A stretch of DNA of 64,000 bases from Octopus vulgaris. Lineage: Eukaryota. The notes beneath the pieces were generated by a model that did not search any database, was not told the origin of the DNA, and saw only the letters and a list, made by a program, of their open reading frames with translations. Each line of letters opens with the position of its first letter. The first letter of the stretch is position 1. The position numbers and the translations under genes are program-made. The DNA lies in contig OX597836.1 of assembly GCA_951406725.2 (NCBI GenBank), positions 33,418,001-33,482,000 of the forward strand, in the 5' to 3' direction. Shown one piece after another: positions 11,823-23,851 of the stretch.

Positions 11823-12220
11823 CACGCACACATTGATATATACGAATATAAATATTTAATTCACACAAATATCAACATGGAGATTATATTGTATTTTTAC
11901 ATATGTGGGCGCTTACGTACAAAACAAAGTAGGTGAAATTGTATCTATATGAATGATCGTTATATCCACACAGCCAGTTATAGATGGTTTGTTTGATTAT
12001 TATTATCATTATTCTTCATTGATTTGAGACTATAGTGTTTACTGTGTTTTTAATATTTGCTATTACACACATTTTCTGTCTTTTATTCTTTCTTTCTCTC
12101 GCATACATACGCATATGTATTTGAACGGTATCGACTCAAAGGTATGCAAACGCCATTAAACAAAATTGCATGCATGTACGTGTATGTAAATAAATATATA
12201 TATATATATATATATATAGG

Positions 12221-12339
12221 GGATCTTTTCATTTTGAAGGCCTGATTGTCAGATTTTTCTAGTTAACTAAATAATTTGAAACTTCGTATACTGGTAGAGT
12301 GTCTCAAAAGAAAACACTAGTTTCAACTTGTTAAGATCC
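12221..12339. mobile_element. 119-bp mini-element of the GGATCTT family with a perfect 8-bp TSD
   Basis: GGATCTT...AAGATCC flanked by TATATAGG (12213-12220 and 12340-12347). Shares AAACTTCGTATACTGGTAGA with 7616-8041. Confidence 0.85.
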
Positions 12340-12347
12340 TATATAGG

Positions 12348-12575
12348 TACTACTAGCGAACAGTGGTCCCGGTGTGCGCACTCGCGCATCTGCGCTAGCT
12401 AGTCGTAAGTAGTCGATCCTACAACGACCTTTTAACCCTGAACCTAACCCTAACCCTAGTTTGTTTATAAAAATAATTTATTTACTTAGTTTAAAAAATT
12501 GTAGGATCGACTACTTACAACTAGCTAGCGAGGACGCGCAAGTGCGCGCACCGGGACCACTGTTCGCTTGTAGTA
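12348..12575. mobile_element. MITE with ~77-bp GC-rich TIRs and internal CCCTAA-like repeats
   Basis: Arms 12348-12424 and 12499-12575 are inverted copies (TACTACTAGCGAACAGTGGTCCCGGTG.../...CACCGGGACCACTGTTCGCTTGTAGTA). Confidence 0.85.
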
Positions 12576-12623
12576 TATATATATATATATATGTATATAA
12601 ATAACTGGATAATAATATATCAT

Positions 12624-12999
12624 AAAAGCACTCAGAGAGCGCAAACCCTTGACAAGGCAATACCAACGACCTCTCAACGATTAGCCAGAGACGATTTTTA
12701 AAATGAGATTATCTGAAATAACCTCGACTGCTCTCACAAACGAGAATACTAAAAATGAACCCAACCGCTCTCAAAAATTAAGTTAAAAAAAAAAACAGGA
12801 AAAATAATCCAGAATCTTTGTCCAGTACCGGATCGATACCAAAATCTAACCAGTTCGTGCCAATCACGAGGCCAAACATCCCTGAAAGTTTCATCCGAAT
12901 ATATCCGGCGGTTCTTGAGATATCTTGTCCACGGATGAACTAACAAACAAACAAATACGACTGAAAACAATACTTCCGCCTTCGCTAAGACGAAGATAA
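12624..12999 (+). mobile_element. Non-autonomous Helentron-associated (HINE/DINE-like) element
   Basis: Starts AAAAGCACTCAGAGAGCGCAAAC, has a (CAAA)n subterminal microsatellite, and ends in a hairpin-like CTTCCGCCTTCGCTAAGACGAAG. Classification is recalled from this architecture. Confidence 0.5.
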
Positions 13000-13006
13000 T
13001 AATATA

Positions 13007-13695
13007 CAGGGTAAGGCAAAAAGATCTGACACATTTGTAGGTTAAATAAAAGGCAAATGAAGTAAAGAAACAAAAAAGTGTTTCTATTTTTGAAAAGTAC
13101 ATATAATGCCATTTTGTTTCATTATGTTTTAAAAATGAAATCAGTCAAATGGGATCCATTATTGGCCACACACTGTCGAAGGCGTTCACAAAAGTTGTCA
13201 CCAACTCGGCGGGTCATTTCCTGTGGAATGGCAGTAATTTCTTGACGAATTGCATCTTTAAGTTGTTCAATAGATCGAGGGCGATTAATGTATACCTTTG
13301 ACTTGAGGTATCCCCAGAGAAAAAAATCGCACGGATTTAAATCAGGTGAACGGGCGGGCCAACCGATGTCACCACGCAATGAGATCAAATGACCAGGGAA
13401 CATATTCCTCAAAATCCCCATCGCACGATCTATTGAACAACTAAAGATGCAATTCGTCAAGAAATTACTGCCATTCCACATGAAATGACCCGCCGAGTTA
13501 TTGACAACTTTCGTGAACGCCTTCGACAGTGTGTGGCCAATAATGGATCCCATTTGACTGATTTAATTTTTAAAACATAATGAAACAAAATGGCATTATA
13601 TGTACTTTTCAAAAATAAAAACACTTTTTTGTTTCTTTACTTCATTTGCCTTTTATTTAACCTACAAATGTGTCAGATCATTTTGCCTGACCCTG
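13007..13695. mobile_element. Fold-back non-autonomous Tc1/mariner element made of two transposase 3' ends
   Basis: TA|CAGGGT...ACCCTG|TA. Arms 13007-13277 and 13426-13695 are inverted copies with about 9 differences by eye. Confidence 0.92.
13122..13425 (-). pseudogene. C-terminal fragment of a mariner-type (DDD) transposase
   Basis: ORF track 13122..13553 contains WPARSPDLNPCDFFLWGYLKSKVY...RLRQCVANNGSH. The N-terminal part of that ORF is only the antisense of the right arm. Confidence 0.9.
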
Positions 13696-13731
13696 TATAT
13701 TCTGGTTTGTTAACATATATATATATATATA

Positions 13732-13789
<58 letters not shown>

Positions 13790-13791
<2 letters not shown>

Positions 13792-14138
13792 CGCAGGAGT
13801 GGCTGTGTGGTAAGTAGCTTGCTAACCAACCACATGGTTCCGGGTTCAGTCCCACTGCGTGGCATCTTGGGCAACTGTCTTCTGCTATAGCCCCGGGTCG
13901 ACCAATGCCTTGTGAGTGGATTTGGTAGACGGAAACTGAAAGAAGCCTGTCGTATATATGTATATATATGTATGTGTGTCTACGTCCCTGTCACTTAGCG
14001 GTTCGGCAAAAAGAGACCGATAGAATAAGTACTGGGCTTACAAAAAGAATAAGTCCCAGGGTCGAGTTGCTCGACTAAAGGCGGTGCTCCAGCATGGCCG
14101 CAGTCAAATGACTGAAACAAGTAAAAGAGTAAAAGAGT
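13790..14138 (+). mobile_element. SINE family A, young near-consensus copy
   Basis: GGCGCAGGAGTGGCTGTGTGGTAAGTAGC...GTAAAAGAGTAAAAGAG, inserted in (TA)n. Confidence 0.9.
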
Positions 14139-14321
14139 ATATATATATAGTTCATTCGAGGAAGTTAAGTCCTCAATAGGGATTATATAATCCAAGGTAT
14201 TCCACTGGTCCAATCTGTGTATCATAAAATGGTAGAAATCATTTATATAGGTTTATATGTAAATAAATCCATTTTCTTCTCCTTGTTTGCCTCCAGGTAT
14301 CGCGAAATACCTGGATGATGC

Positions 14322-14362
<41 letters not shown>

Positions 14363-14435
14363 CATATACAATACATACCTATATACAGCTTTTCCTCTGT
14401 TTATACATATACCCGTATGTGTTTGTGTGTGTATG

Positions 14436-14479
<44 letters not shown>

Positions 14480-14549
14480 CATCTTTTTTCTGTTAACACA
14501 TATATACATGTGTATGTATATAAATATATGTATAAACCTTTTTTCTGTT

Positions 14550-14596
<47 letters not shown>

Positions 14597-15076
14597 ATAT
14601 ATATATATATTTTCACCTCACGACAGGTGAAAATCCGTGAAGTAGAAACAGTAACGTACTGCAGATTAAAAATTTTTTTTATAATTTATATATATTTCTT
14701 TTTATTATAAATGCAAAACCACACCACGGAAGAATAGACGTAAGCTTAAGTAATAAACCGCGATAAGTGAACCCGCGATATGGCGAGAGATTACTACATA
14801 CACACACACACACACACACACACGCACATACTCATGTATCGCAGCATACTTTGGACGTAGCGTATAACTTATTTCATTGATAACAATATCATCTCCTCAC
14901 ACCATATAAATAAGATACCTACGTGTGTGTGAACATAGAGATATACACGCGCATTCCAGTGAGATCGGATCAAATATACACACGCGGGAGTATGTGTGTG
15001 TGCGTACTTCTACAAACTTTAGCTGATAGATTACAAAATACGAAACGAAACCTTAAAACACTACAATAATCATAAT

Positions 15077-15671
15077 CTCTTCTACTAAAGGCGCAAGGCC
15101 TGAAATTTATGGCGAAGGAGGACTAGTCGATAATATCGATCCCAGTGTTCAACTGGTTCTTAATTTATCGACCCCGAAATGATGAAAGGCAAAGTAGACT
15201 TGGACGGAATTTGAACTCAAAAAGTAAAAGGACTGAAGAAATACTTATTTCTTTACTACCCACAAGGGGCTAAACACAGAGAGGACAAACAAGGAGAGAC
15301 AAACGGATTAAGTCGATTATATCGACCCCAGTGCGTAACTGGTACTTATTCTATCGACCCCGAAAGGACGAGCGTAACTGGTACTTATTTTATCGACCCC
15401 GAAAGAACGAAAAGCAAAGTCGACCTCAGCGGAATTTGAACTCAGAGCGTAACGGCAGACAAAATACCTATTTCTTTACTACCCACAAGGGGCTAAACAC
15501 AGAGAGGAGACAAACAAGGACAGACAAACGGATTAAGTCGATTATATCGACCCCGAAAGGATGAAAGGCAAAGTCGACCTCGGCGGAATTTGAACTCACA
15601 ACGTAACGGCAGACGGAATACTGCTAAGCATTTCGCCCGGCGTGCTAACGTTTCTGCCAGCTCGACGCCTT
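15077..15671 (-). mobile_element. SINE family B trimer
   Basis: One head (15671) and three bodies with junctions near 15467 and 15245. The last body has the alternative (ATT)n-type tail. Confidence 0.88.
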
Positions 15672-16477
15672 TTTAAATTTCTCTTTTTTCTTTCTTTTCT
15701 TTTTTGCACCAGGGTGAAGGATGATGAGGAGGACAATGTAAAGAAGAAGAAAAAAGAAAATACAGACGACATAAACAATAACAGATAGAAGGGAAATATA
15801 GAGAGCATACAACAATAAAATGAAAGAAGGGGGAAAAAAGGATGATAATGATGTGGTCCTCAAAATAATATAAACATAACACATGGTGCTTGTAAGGACA
15901 CCCACCTGCAAGTTAATTAACTGACACGTCATTAACTTACTATACATTAATCTAATAATATTTAATTAAAACCTACACAATATGTTGTAGCGACTGCTTT
16001 AATTACGTTTTAAAATAACGTACCCAAATGCAAACGATAAATACTCAAGAGTCACCATAAATGCTGGTTTAGCCATCGACTAAGACACTGGAAATGAAGA
16101 AAGGATGTGGTTTGGGGGCTTTTAATGAGTTCCAAAAAGGGAAAGCAAGAGTGAAAGATAATCTGTAAGATAATCCAACTGGATTTGACTACACGGCCAA
16201 GTCTCCAGCAAAAGGACCTTTCAGTTATGTAACGTCCCACGTCCCACAGCAGCGCTTTTCTCGAGCTTCTGATACTCTTTAAGGAACCCTCAATAGAACT
16301 AAACTCAAAACAATCTGGTTAGGTAATCAAAGTTTGCATCTAATTATCTAATTAGATTATCTATTAATTAAGCATATCATCACCAATTTTCGGTAACCAT
16401 TGATTAGGAACAGCTGCAAGTACGCTGCTCATAAAAGAACTACAATTTGGAGAGTTAAAAGTAATAAATACTAATAA

Positions 16478-16853
16478 TCTTTTCTACTCTAGGTACAATA
16501 CCCGGAATTTTAGGGGAAGGGGGCCACTCGATTAGATCGACTCCCCTAAGACGCAACTGGAACTTAATTTATCGATCCCCAAAAAATGAAAGGCAAAGTC
16601 GACCTCGGCGGAGTAAAAATACTAATTTTCTTTTTTACTCAAGGCACAAGACCCGAAATTTTGGGGAGTGGGGGCGGGTAGGCAGTCGATTAGACCGACC
16701 CCAGTACGCAACTGGTACTTAATTTATTGATCCTCGAAAGAATAAAAGGCAAAGTCGTCCACGGCGGAATTTGAACTCAGAACATAAAGACGGACGAAAT
16801 GCTGCAAAGTGTTTTTGCTCGGCGCGGTAACGATTCTGCCAGCTCGCCGCCTT
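16478..16853 (-). mobile_element. SINE family B copy plus partial copy
   Basis: GAAAGGCAAAGTCGACCTCGGCGGA core twice; head ends at about 16853. Confidence 0.8.
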
Positions 16854-16876
16854 AATAATGATAGTAGTAGTAGTGT

Positions 16877-17259
16877 GGAGGCGCAATGGCCCAGTGGTTA
16901 GGGCAGCGGACTCGCGGTCATAGAATCGCGGTTTCGATTCCCAGACCGGGCGTTGTGAGTGTTTATTGAGCGAAAACCCCTAAAAGCTCCACGCGGCTCC
17001 GACAGGGGATGGTGGTGATCCCTGCTGTACTCTTTCACCACAACTTTCTCTCACTCTTACTTCCTGTTTCTGTTGTACCTTGTATTTCAAAGGGCCGGCC
17101 TTGTCACTCTCTGTGTCACGCTGAATATCCCCGAGAACTACGTTACGGGTACACGTGTCTGTGGAGTGCTCAGCCACTTACACGTTAATTTCACGAGCAG
17201 GCTGTTCCGTTGATCGGATCAACCGGAACCCTCATCGTCGTAACCGACGGAGTGCTTCC
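16877..17259 (+). mobile_element. tRNA-derived SINE family C, full length
   Basis: GGAGGCGCAATGGCCCAGTGGTTAGGGCAGCGGACTCGCGG (A box) and GGTTTCGATTCC (B box), then a ~310-bp body. Related heads at 19655-19721 (-), 28478, 40328 and 51147. Confidence 0.85.
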
Positions 17260-18449
17260 GTCCAAAAGCACTCTTATAATTAAAAGGTCGGTCACAAAAT
17301 ACGTATTATTCAGATACTTCTGAGTAAAATATATTAGATCCCCTAAGCCCTTCATGTTATACAAGATGCAGAGATTTTTATCAGTGAAAGCATCAAGGGG
17401 TCATTTTTGACCACTTTTAATTTTTATGCTTTTAGAACTTTTCATAAATTTGGGATTGATACTCAAGATCACACACACACAAAATGGCCAGTACTTCGAA
17501 GTTACTGTCAATTCCATTCTTGTTAAAAAATACTATAAGTATTGAGTAAAAAATTGTTGTTTTTTTTAATCGTCTAACATAAAAAACAAACTATGTATAT
17601 CTCTTCTGTTTTTTAAGTATTATAAATCTTCCACTGAGAAGGGAACCGGTTTCCAATAAAGATACAAGGCACCATCTTTGGGATGCAGTTAACACAGACA
17701 AATTCCCATTTGGAACTTAAGGAAAGTCTCGCATACTTTTACTGTGCCACGCACTTGTACGAATTAGCCGGTATGTATGTATGTATGTTGTACAGTTATA
17801 CAGTTTGCAAACATCAGGTTAAATTCCTGGAGGTGATGTTGCATCTCTGCTCCGTCTAAGTCTGTGTGCGTGCGCGCGCCAGTCTCTGTCTCTGCGCTAA
17901 CACCCGTTTCAAAAACAACAAGCGTTTATTTATGATGCCTGACGAAGCGGTGCAACGAAAATGGATCCTAGAATAATACCAAGTTTAAAAGAAGAAAAAA
18001 AAAACAAACAAAAACTGCAATCTGTACCTCCCAGCATGGCTGCAGTCCACTGAGCGAAACAAACAAACGATGAAATAAAATATTTAAAACAAACTACATA
18101 TAAGAGAGAATTCAATGAAGAGAGAGATAAGATCTCAAGAAATTCTGTTATCTGCTGGTGAAATAAATATCTCTTTCCAACCTCTGGAATCTGAATTGGG
18201 CAAGTGAGAGAAGCCGGACTGCATGACTTGTCAAAAACTTTATTTCAGTTCGGGTTCCGGGTTTTGGTGCCTATCCTCACCAATGGCCATGAATTTATTT
18301 ATTTACTAAACGAGGGAGTGCTGAAAGGTTCCTGGCTCTATGGGTATCGCGAATAGCCTATTTCTTTACTTATTTAATGGACCCCGAAAGGATGAAAGGC
18401 AAGGTCGACCTCGGCGGAATTTGAACTCAGAACGTAGCGGCAGACAAAA

Positions 18450-19103
18450 TTTGGTGACTGAAATAATACGATCGCGAAAATACAGTAAGTGGCCGGAATG
18501 GGGTTCCTCCGAAGGATCTTGACAGACAGAGAGAGAGAGAGGATAGCTCGGAGATCAAGGGAGTCTCTCCAAGTCAAGCCGCTTCTTTTCCGCAGCGAGA
18601 GATCACAAGTTCCGGGGCCACGGACATGTTAGAATGATGCAGGAAAGAATTAGCAAGACGAGCGAGCTGGCAGAAACGTTAGCACGCCGGGCGAAATGCT
18701 TAGCGGTATTTCGTCTGCCGTTACGTTGTGAGTTCAAATTCCGCCGAGGTCGACTTTGCCTTTCATCCTTTCGGGTTCGATAAGACTAAGTACCAGTTAC
18801 GCACTGGGGGGTCGATGTAATCGACTTAATACCTATGTCTGTCCTTGTTTTGTCCACTCTGTGTTTAGCCCCTTGTGGGTAATAAAGAAATAGGTTTCTT
18901 TAAACCGAGCCAATTAGCAGGAAAGCCAGGAGTGGACCAAGAACGAGATGGTTGGATAATAGCCGTAGTCTAAGTTGGTCGGGCATAGGAAGAATCCAAT
19001 GAGAAAGTGTACTAACGGTCGCATCAGGTAAGACTCTGTAGAGGAGATGCCCGACGACTCTACCCCCACAACCCTCTCAGGATCAACGGACGCCGAAAAT
19101 GGA
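18450..19103 (+). mobile_element. Decayed RTE-clade LINE 3' fragment interrupted by a SINE B (18655-18893)
   Basis: Frameshifted translation gives QVKPLLFRSERSQ..GHVRMMQER..GPRTRWLDN..LSW..TLPPQP, matching the RTE C-terminal LLxxERxQLRWxGHVxRM...RPRxRWxD pattern. Confidence 0.7.
18655..18893 (+). mobile_element. SINE family B monomer
   Basis: Full head, core and TTTAGCCCCTTGTGGGTAATAAAGAAATAG tail. Confidence 0.9.
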
Positions 19104-19197
19104 TTTATTTATTTATTTACTAAACGAGGAGTGCTGAAAAGTTCCTGGCTCTATGGGTATCGCAAATAGCTCAAGTTGGAGGCGCAAATTTCCGAGT

Positions 19198-19543
19198 TTC
19201 GGGTTCAGTCCCACAGCGCGGCACCTCGGGCAAGTGTCTTCTGCTATAGCCTCGGGCCGACCAGAGCCTTGTGAGTGGATTTGGTAGACGGAAACTGAAA
19301 GAAGCTCGTTGTATATATATGTTTGTGTGTCTGTGCTTGTCCCCACAACATCGCTTGACAACCGATGCTGTTGTGTTTACGTCCCCGTAACTTAGCGTTC
19401 CGGCAAAAAAGGCCGATAGAATAAGTACTAAGGGTTACAAAGAATAAGTCCTGGGGGGTCGATTTGCTCGACTAAAAGCGGTGCTCCAGCATGGCCACAG
19501 TCACATGACTGAAACAAGTAAAATAGTAAAAGAGAGTAAGAGT
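19198..19543 (+). mobile_element. SINE family A, 5'-truncated
   Basis: Family consensus from the B box to GTAAAAGAG. Confidence 0.85.
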
Positions 19544-19720
19544 ATACATGCATAGATATACACACAGATACAGACATAAACGCATATATATATTATATCA
19601 CCGTGATTACCGTGACTGACCAGGCTATCAGATGTTGCTACACATCGCTCGGTCTGGGAATCGAAACCGCGATCCTACAACCGCGAGTCCGCTGCCCTAA
19701 CCACTGGGCCATTGCGTCTC

Positions 19721-19752
<32 letters not shown>

Positions 19753-19753
<1 letters not shown>

Positions 19754-19932
19754 GGAGAATTCACGCAAAAAGACGAAGACAGGTGTACAAAACAAACAGA
19801 TGTATTATTAGTATAATGCTCAGGAATTGAAAAAAAGTCTTTTATGTTTCGAGCCTACGCTCTTCTACAGAAAGGGACACAGAAAAAACAAGGAGAGAGA
19901 AAAAATGTGTGTAGTGGCTAACGATCTATCAT
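19753..19932 (-). mobile_element. Penelope-like repeat carrying a variant minimal hammerhead motif
   Basis: Copies at about 2490-2640, 50805-50961 (inverted) and 59338-59482. The minus strand reads CTTT CTGTAGA A GAGC GTAG GCTC GAAAC AT A AAAG. The Penelope link is inference. Confidence 0.55.
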
Positions 19933-20146
19933 ATATGTATGTATGTATGTATGTATAAATAACTACATCACTCCCACAACTGCCATTGTACACACACAGT
20001 TGCTAATATAGGTACTTAACGGTACAAACACCTCGCCACACACACACACACACAGAGGCGCGCAAAACGTTTAATGAATACACACAAAAAAAAGTGAGTA
20101 TAATTTCTTTCATTTGAGATAGATTAAACAACCGCGATTCTGTCGC

Positions 20147-20192
<46 letters not shown>

Positions 20193-20452
20193 TGATTGTA
20201 TATATGCGTGTGCGTGTGTGTGTGTGTGTGTGTCAGACATAGATAAGAGGAAGATTATAAGGAGATAAATAAGTTAGGTAGATACGAGAAAAAGATAGGG
20301 ACACACGAGTGTGAAGTGAGATGGGTGTGTGTATGTGTGTGTGTGTTTGCTCGCGTGCGTAAGAGCCTGAGTAAACTTGTTAATATTCTCAATTATAGGA
20401 GCATTTTTTTTTCTAACAAACCAGTGTGTCGGTAACGTAAACAACGAATATG

Positions 20453-20490
<38 letters not shown>

Positions 20491-20503
20491 CCCTCTTGAA
20501 CAT

Positions 20504-20543
<40 letters not shown>

Positions 20544-20760
20544 TACACACGCACACACACACACACTATAGTGCACATATTTGTATGCTAGTGGTTTAGT
20601 ATATATATCTTTGTTATCAAGGCCAAGGCGATGTTGGGGGCATTCTTCAAATACACACCCACTCATTATATATGCATAAAAAAAAATATATATTATATTT
20701 ATACAACTATCTAAGGTATTCCATCTAACTGTATATAACATTTATATATATATATATAAC

Positions 20761-20797
<37 letters not shown>

Positions 20798-20809
20798 ATA
20801 TATGAAACC

Positions 20810-21025
20810 ATAGCGACTGAAGAAGGGGTTTTTTCCTTGTGTTAATTGTCCTGTACTCCATTTTTTGTTGTTTTTAAAAAAAATGTCCAGTTCCTTTGGT
20901 TTGTGTCTATGTTTTCGTTTCTCTTTGTGTTCGACGTCCCTTTGGTGTCCTGTATTCATATATGCGTGTATATGTACATGTAGAGGTAGGTACGTACATA
21001 TATGTTTATATATATGCATATGCTT
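20810..21025. repeat. Dispersed repeat also present at 56650-56838
   Basis: GTTAATTGTCCTGTACT...AAAAATGTCCAGTTCCTTTGGTTTGTGTCTATG...GTAGAGGTAGGTACGTACATATATG is nearly identical in both places. Confidence 0.8.
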
Positions 21026-21031
21026 TATTTA

Positions 21032-21072
<41 letters not shown>

Positions 21073-21455
21073 CATACATATCTATAATTTATCACTCTGT
21101 AACAAGAATAGTATTTTGGCAGTGACTTCGAAGTTACGGCCCGCTTTCTCCACAAAACAAAAATAATTTTTCTCTGTTTAATGTAAGACTATAAACACGA
21201 CAATCATACACACATATGTGTATGTATGTATTTATCATACATATATATATATATAAGTAGTTGGTGTATATACGCACACAGAACAATTCGAGAGGGTCTT
21301 TACAATGAAAAACAAATGACATTCAACTATATTCGTATAATAAATAAATGAAAGCGATTTGACAGTTGTCGGATTTCGTTTGAAGCCAGTCACACACAAC
21401 ATAAGCACACACACACACATTATGTATATATATATATATATATATAGATAGATAG

Positions 21456-21488
<33 letters not shown>

Positions 21489-21630
21489 ATACGTACATAT
21501 GCACACATACTCATTAATGTATAAATACATGTATGTGTATATATATATGTATATACAGTCAAAGTATATATACATATACAACAGTATGTAAACGTATTAG
21601 ATAACATTAAATACATAGATACGTAGTGTG

Positions 21631-21670
<40 letters not shown>

Positions 21671-22311
21671 CATACATACATATACACGTATCCACGGCAT
21701 ATCCTGTATACTTTGTGTATACAAATATAGATACACCTATGTAAACACATATATATATATATATATATATGTGCGTGTGTGTATATATGTCTGTGTGTGT
21801 GCGTAAAAATTAAGTCACACGTCCACATACACAAACTTGTGTGCATACACACACGAGCATATATATATATATATATATACAAGTATACGAATGGAGTCGA
21901 CAACATTTTTTACAATTTGTGTGCATAATGATACATACAAACACACACACACACATATACATATATATATATATATAAGCATAATAAATTGCGCAATAAT
22001 TCCATGCCGTATAAGAACTTGTCATAGATTACCGCGGAAATACTCGACGCACACGCACACACGCGATAGGGACAGGAGCAGAAGCAATAACGATATAATT
22101 GCTCCGAGAGTGCGTCGTGGCCTCTGTGTATGTATATATATATATATGTGTGTGTGTGTATTATATTACAATTATTTACATCAAATATATAATTTAATAT
22201 TCAACTCAACATACAATGGATGCGTTAAGGTGTACATCTGTAACGCGTGCAATGTAAATGTACGTTTTTTACGTTAAAGAGGATTGCATAATATCCGAAC
22301 CAGGGTATATA

Positions 22312-22686
22312 CTCTTTACTCTTTTACTTGTTTCAGTCATTTGACTACGGCCATGCTGGAGCACCGCCTTTAGTCGAGCAACTTATTCTTTTGTAAGCCC
22401 AGTACTTATTCTATCGGACTCTTTTGCCGAACCGCTAAGTGACGGGGACGTAAACACACCAGCATCGGTTGTCAAGCAATGCTAGGGAGACACACACAAA
22501 CATACACACATATATATATATATATATATACGACGGGCTTCTTTCAGTTTCCGTCTACCAAATCCACTCACAAGGCATTGGTCGACCCGGTGCTATAGCA
22601 GAAGACACTTGCCCAAGATGCCACGCAGTGGGACTGAACCCGCAACCATGTGGTTGGTTAGCAAGCTACTTACCACACAGCCACTC
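22312..22686 (-). mobile_element. SINE family A
   Basis: Reverse complement of the family consensus. Confidence 0.88.
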
Positions 22687-22744
22687 CATTTTTACATAAT
22701 TTTTTTTCTCTCTTAAGATATATAGGTGCAAGGTCAACAGAAAT

Positions 22745-23297
22745 AATAAGAAAAGTAATGGTGACCTCATCGGAATTTGAACCCAGGACGTAAACAGATG
22801 GAGGAAAAAAAAAAAGAAACGTCGCTTACCGACACTGCCAATTCCCCGCCTTAATAATAATTCTATTATAGGCACAAGGCCCTCAATTTTGAGGTAGAGG
22901 GACTGGTTGACTAAATCGACCCTAGTGCTCAACTTGTACTTATGGTATCGATCCCAAAAGTCAATCTTGGCGGAATTCAAAGACGAACGAAAAAGGTGCT
23001 AAGCTTTTTGTCCGGCGAGTTAAGGATTCTTCAAGCTCGCCGTCTTCATAATAATAATAATAATGATAACCCTTTCCACTAAGGGCACAAGACCTGTAAT
23101 TTTTAATTTTTTTTTTTGAGTAGGGTGGGGGAGTATGGATTACATCGGGCCCAGTGTTTCATTAGTACTTAATTTAGAGACCCTCAAAGGATGAAAGGCA
23201 AAGTCGAGCCCGGGGTAAAGTTGAACTCAGAACCTAAACACGGACGAAATACCGCTAAGCATTTCGTCCAGCGTGCTAACGATTCTGCCAGCTCGCA
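22745..23297 (-). mobile_element. Cluster of three diverged SINE family B copies separated by (AAT)n
   Basis: Repeated GGAATTTGAAC / AAAGTC and GCCAGCTCGC head motifs. Confidence 0.7.
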
Positions 23298-23773
23298 TTA
23301 TTATTATTATTATTAATAATAATAATAATAATAACAACAACTATGTGTATATAAACGCATACACACACATGCTCATACGTATCAACACACTATTTCTTTC
23401 TCAACATATGTCTATATAATACATGTATTATGTACACACAAACGTGTATGTATATACGCGCGTATGTACGCCTGTTTCTTCCAATAAGCAAAATCTTTAT
23501 TCTTATAGTTTTCGCAGTTAGTGTGTGTGTATGTGTGTGCAATGTTTTCCTCTCATTTAACCTGTGGTTATCACGATGCGGCAACGAACTGAACTTGCAG
23601 GTGCGTGGTAAGTTGCCTATGTGCTTATTTAACTGCTACAACCTTCCTCCGTCTGGTCAAGCTGGCTCGTGTGTGTGCGTGTGTGTGTTCGTGATGAACG
23701 ATCCCGCCATCGGGGCAACATCCCATGCCAGTACAAAACTGGCCAAAGATGGGTTTTCGTTGGACGGCCAACT

Positions 23774-23813
<40 letters not shown>

Positions 23814-23817
23814 TGTA

Positions 23818-23851
<34 letters not shown>

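Noticed and set aside
12435-12460. Interstitial telomere
   Set aside because: Only 2-4 degenerate CCCTAA units, and they lie inside a MITE.
16877-16950. tRNA gene (also 28478, 40328, 51147 and family A heads)
   Set aside because: A and B boxes are present, but there is no closed acceptor stem and the sequence continues into a shared SINE body.
17938-17968. CTGACGA...CGAAA hammerhead-like boxes (also 33996-34010)
   Set aside because: No pairing stem II or stem I can be drawn.
23576-23613. ATG followed by two donor-like sites (CAG|GTGCGT, TG|GTAAGT)
   Set aside because: No supportable downstream exon; such motifs are expected by chance.
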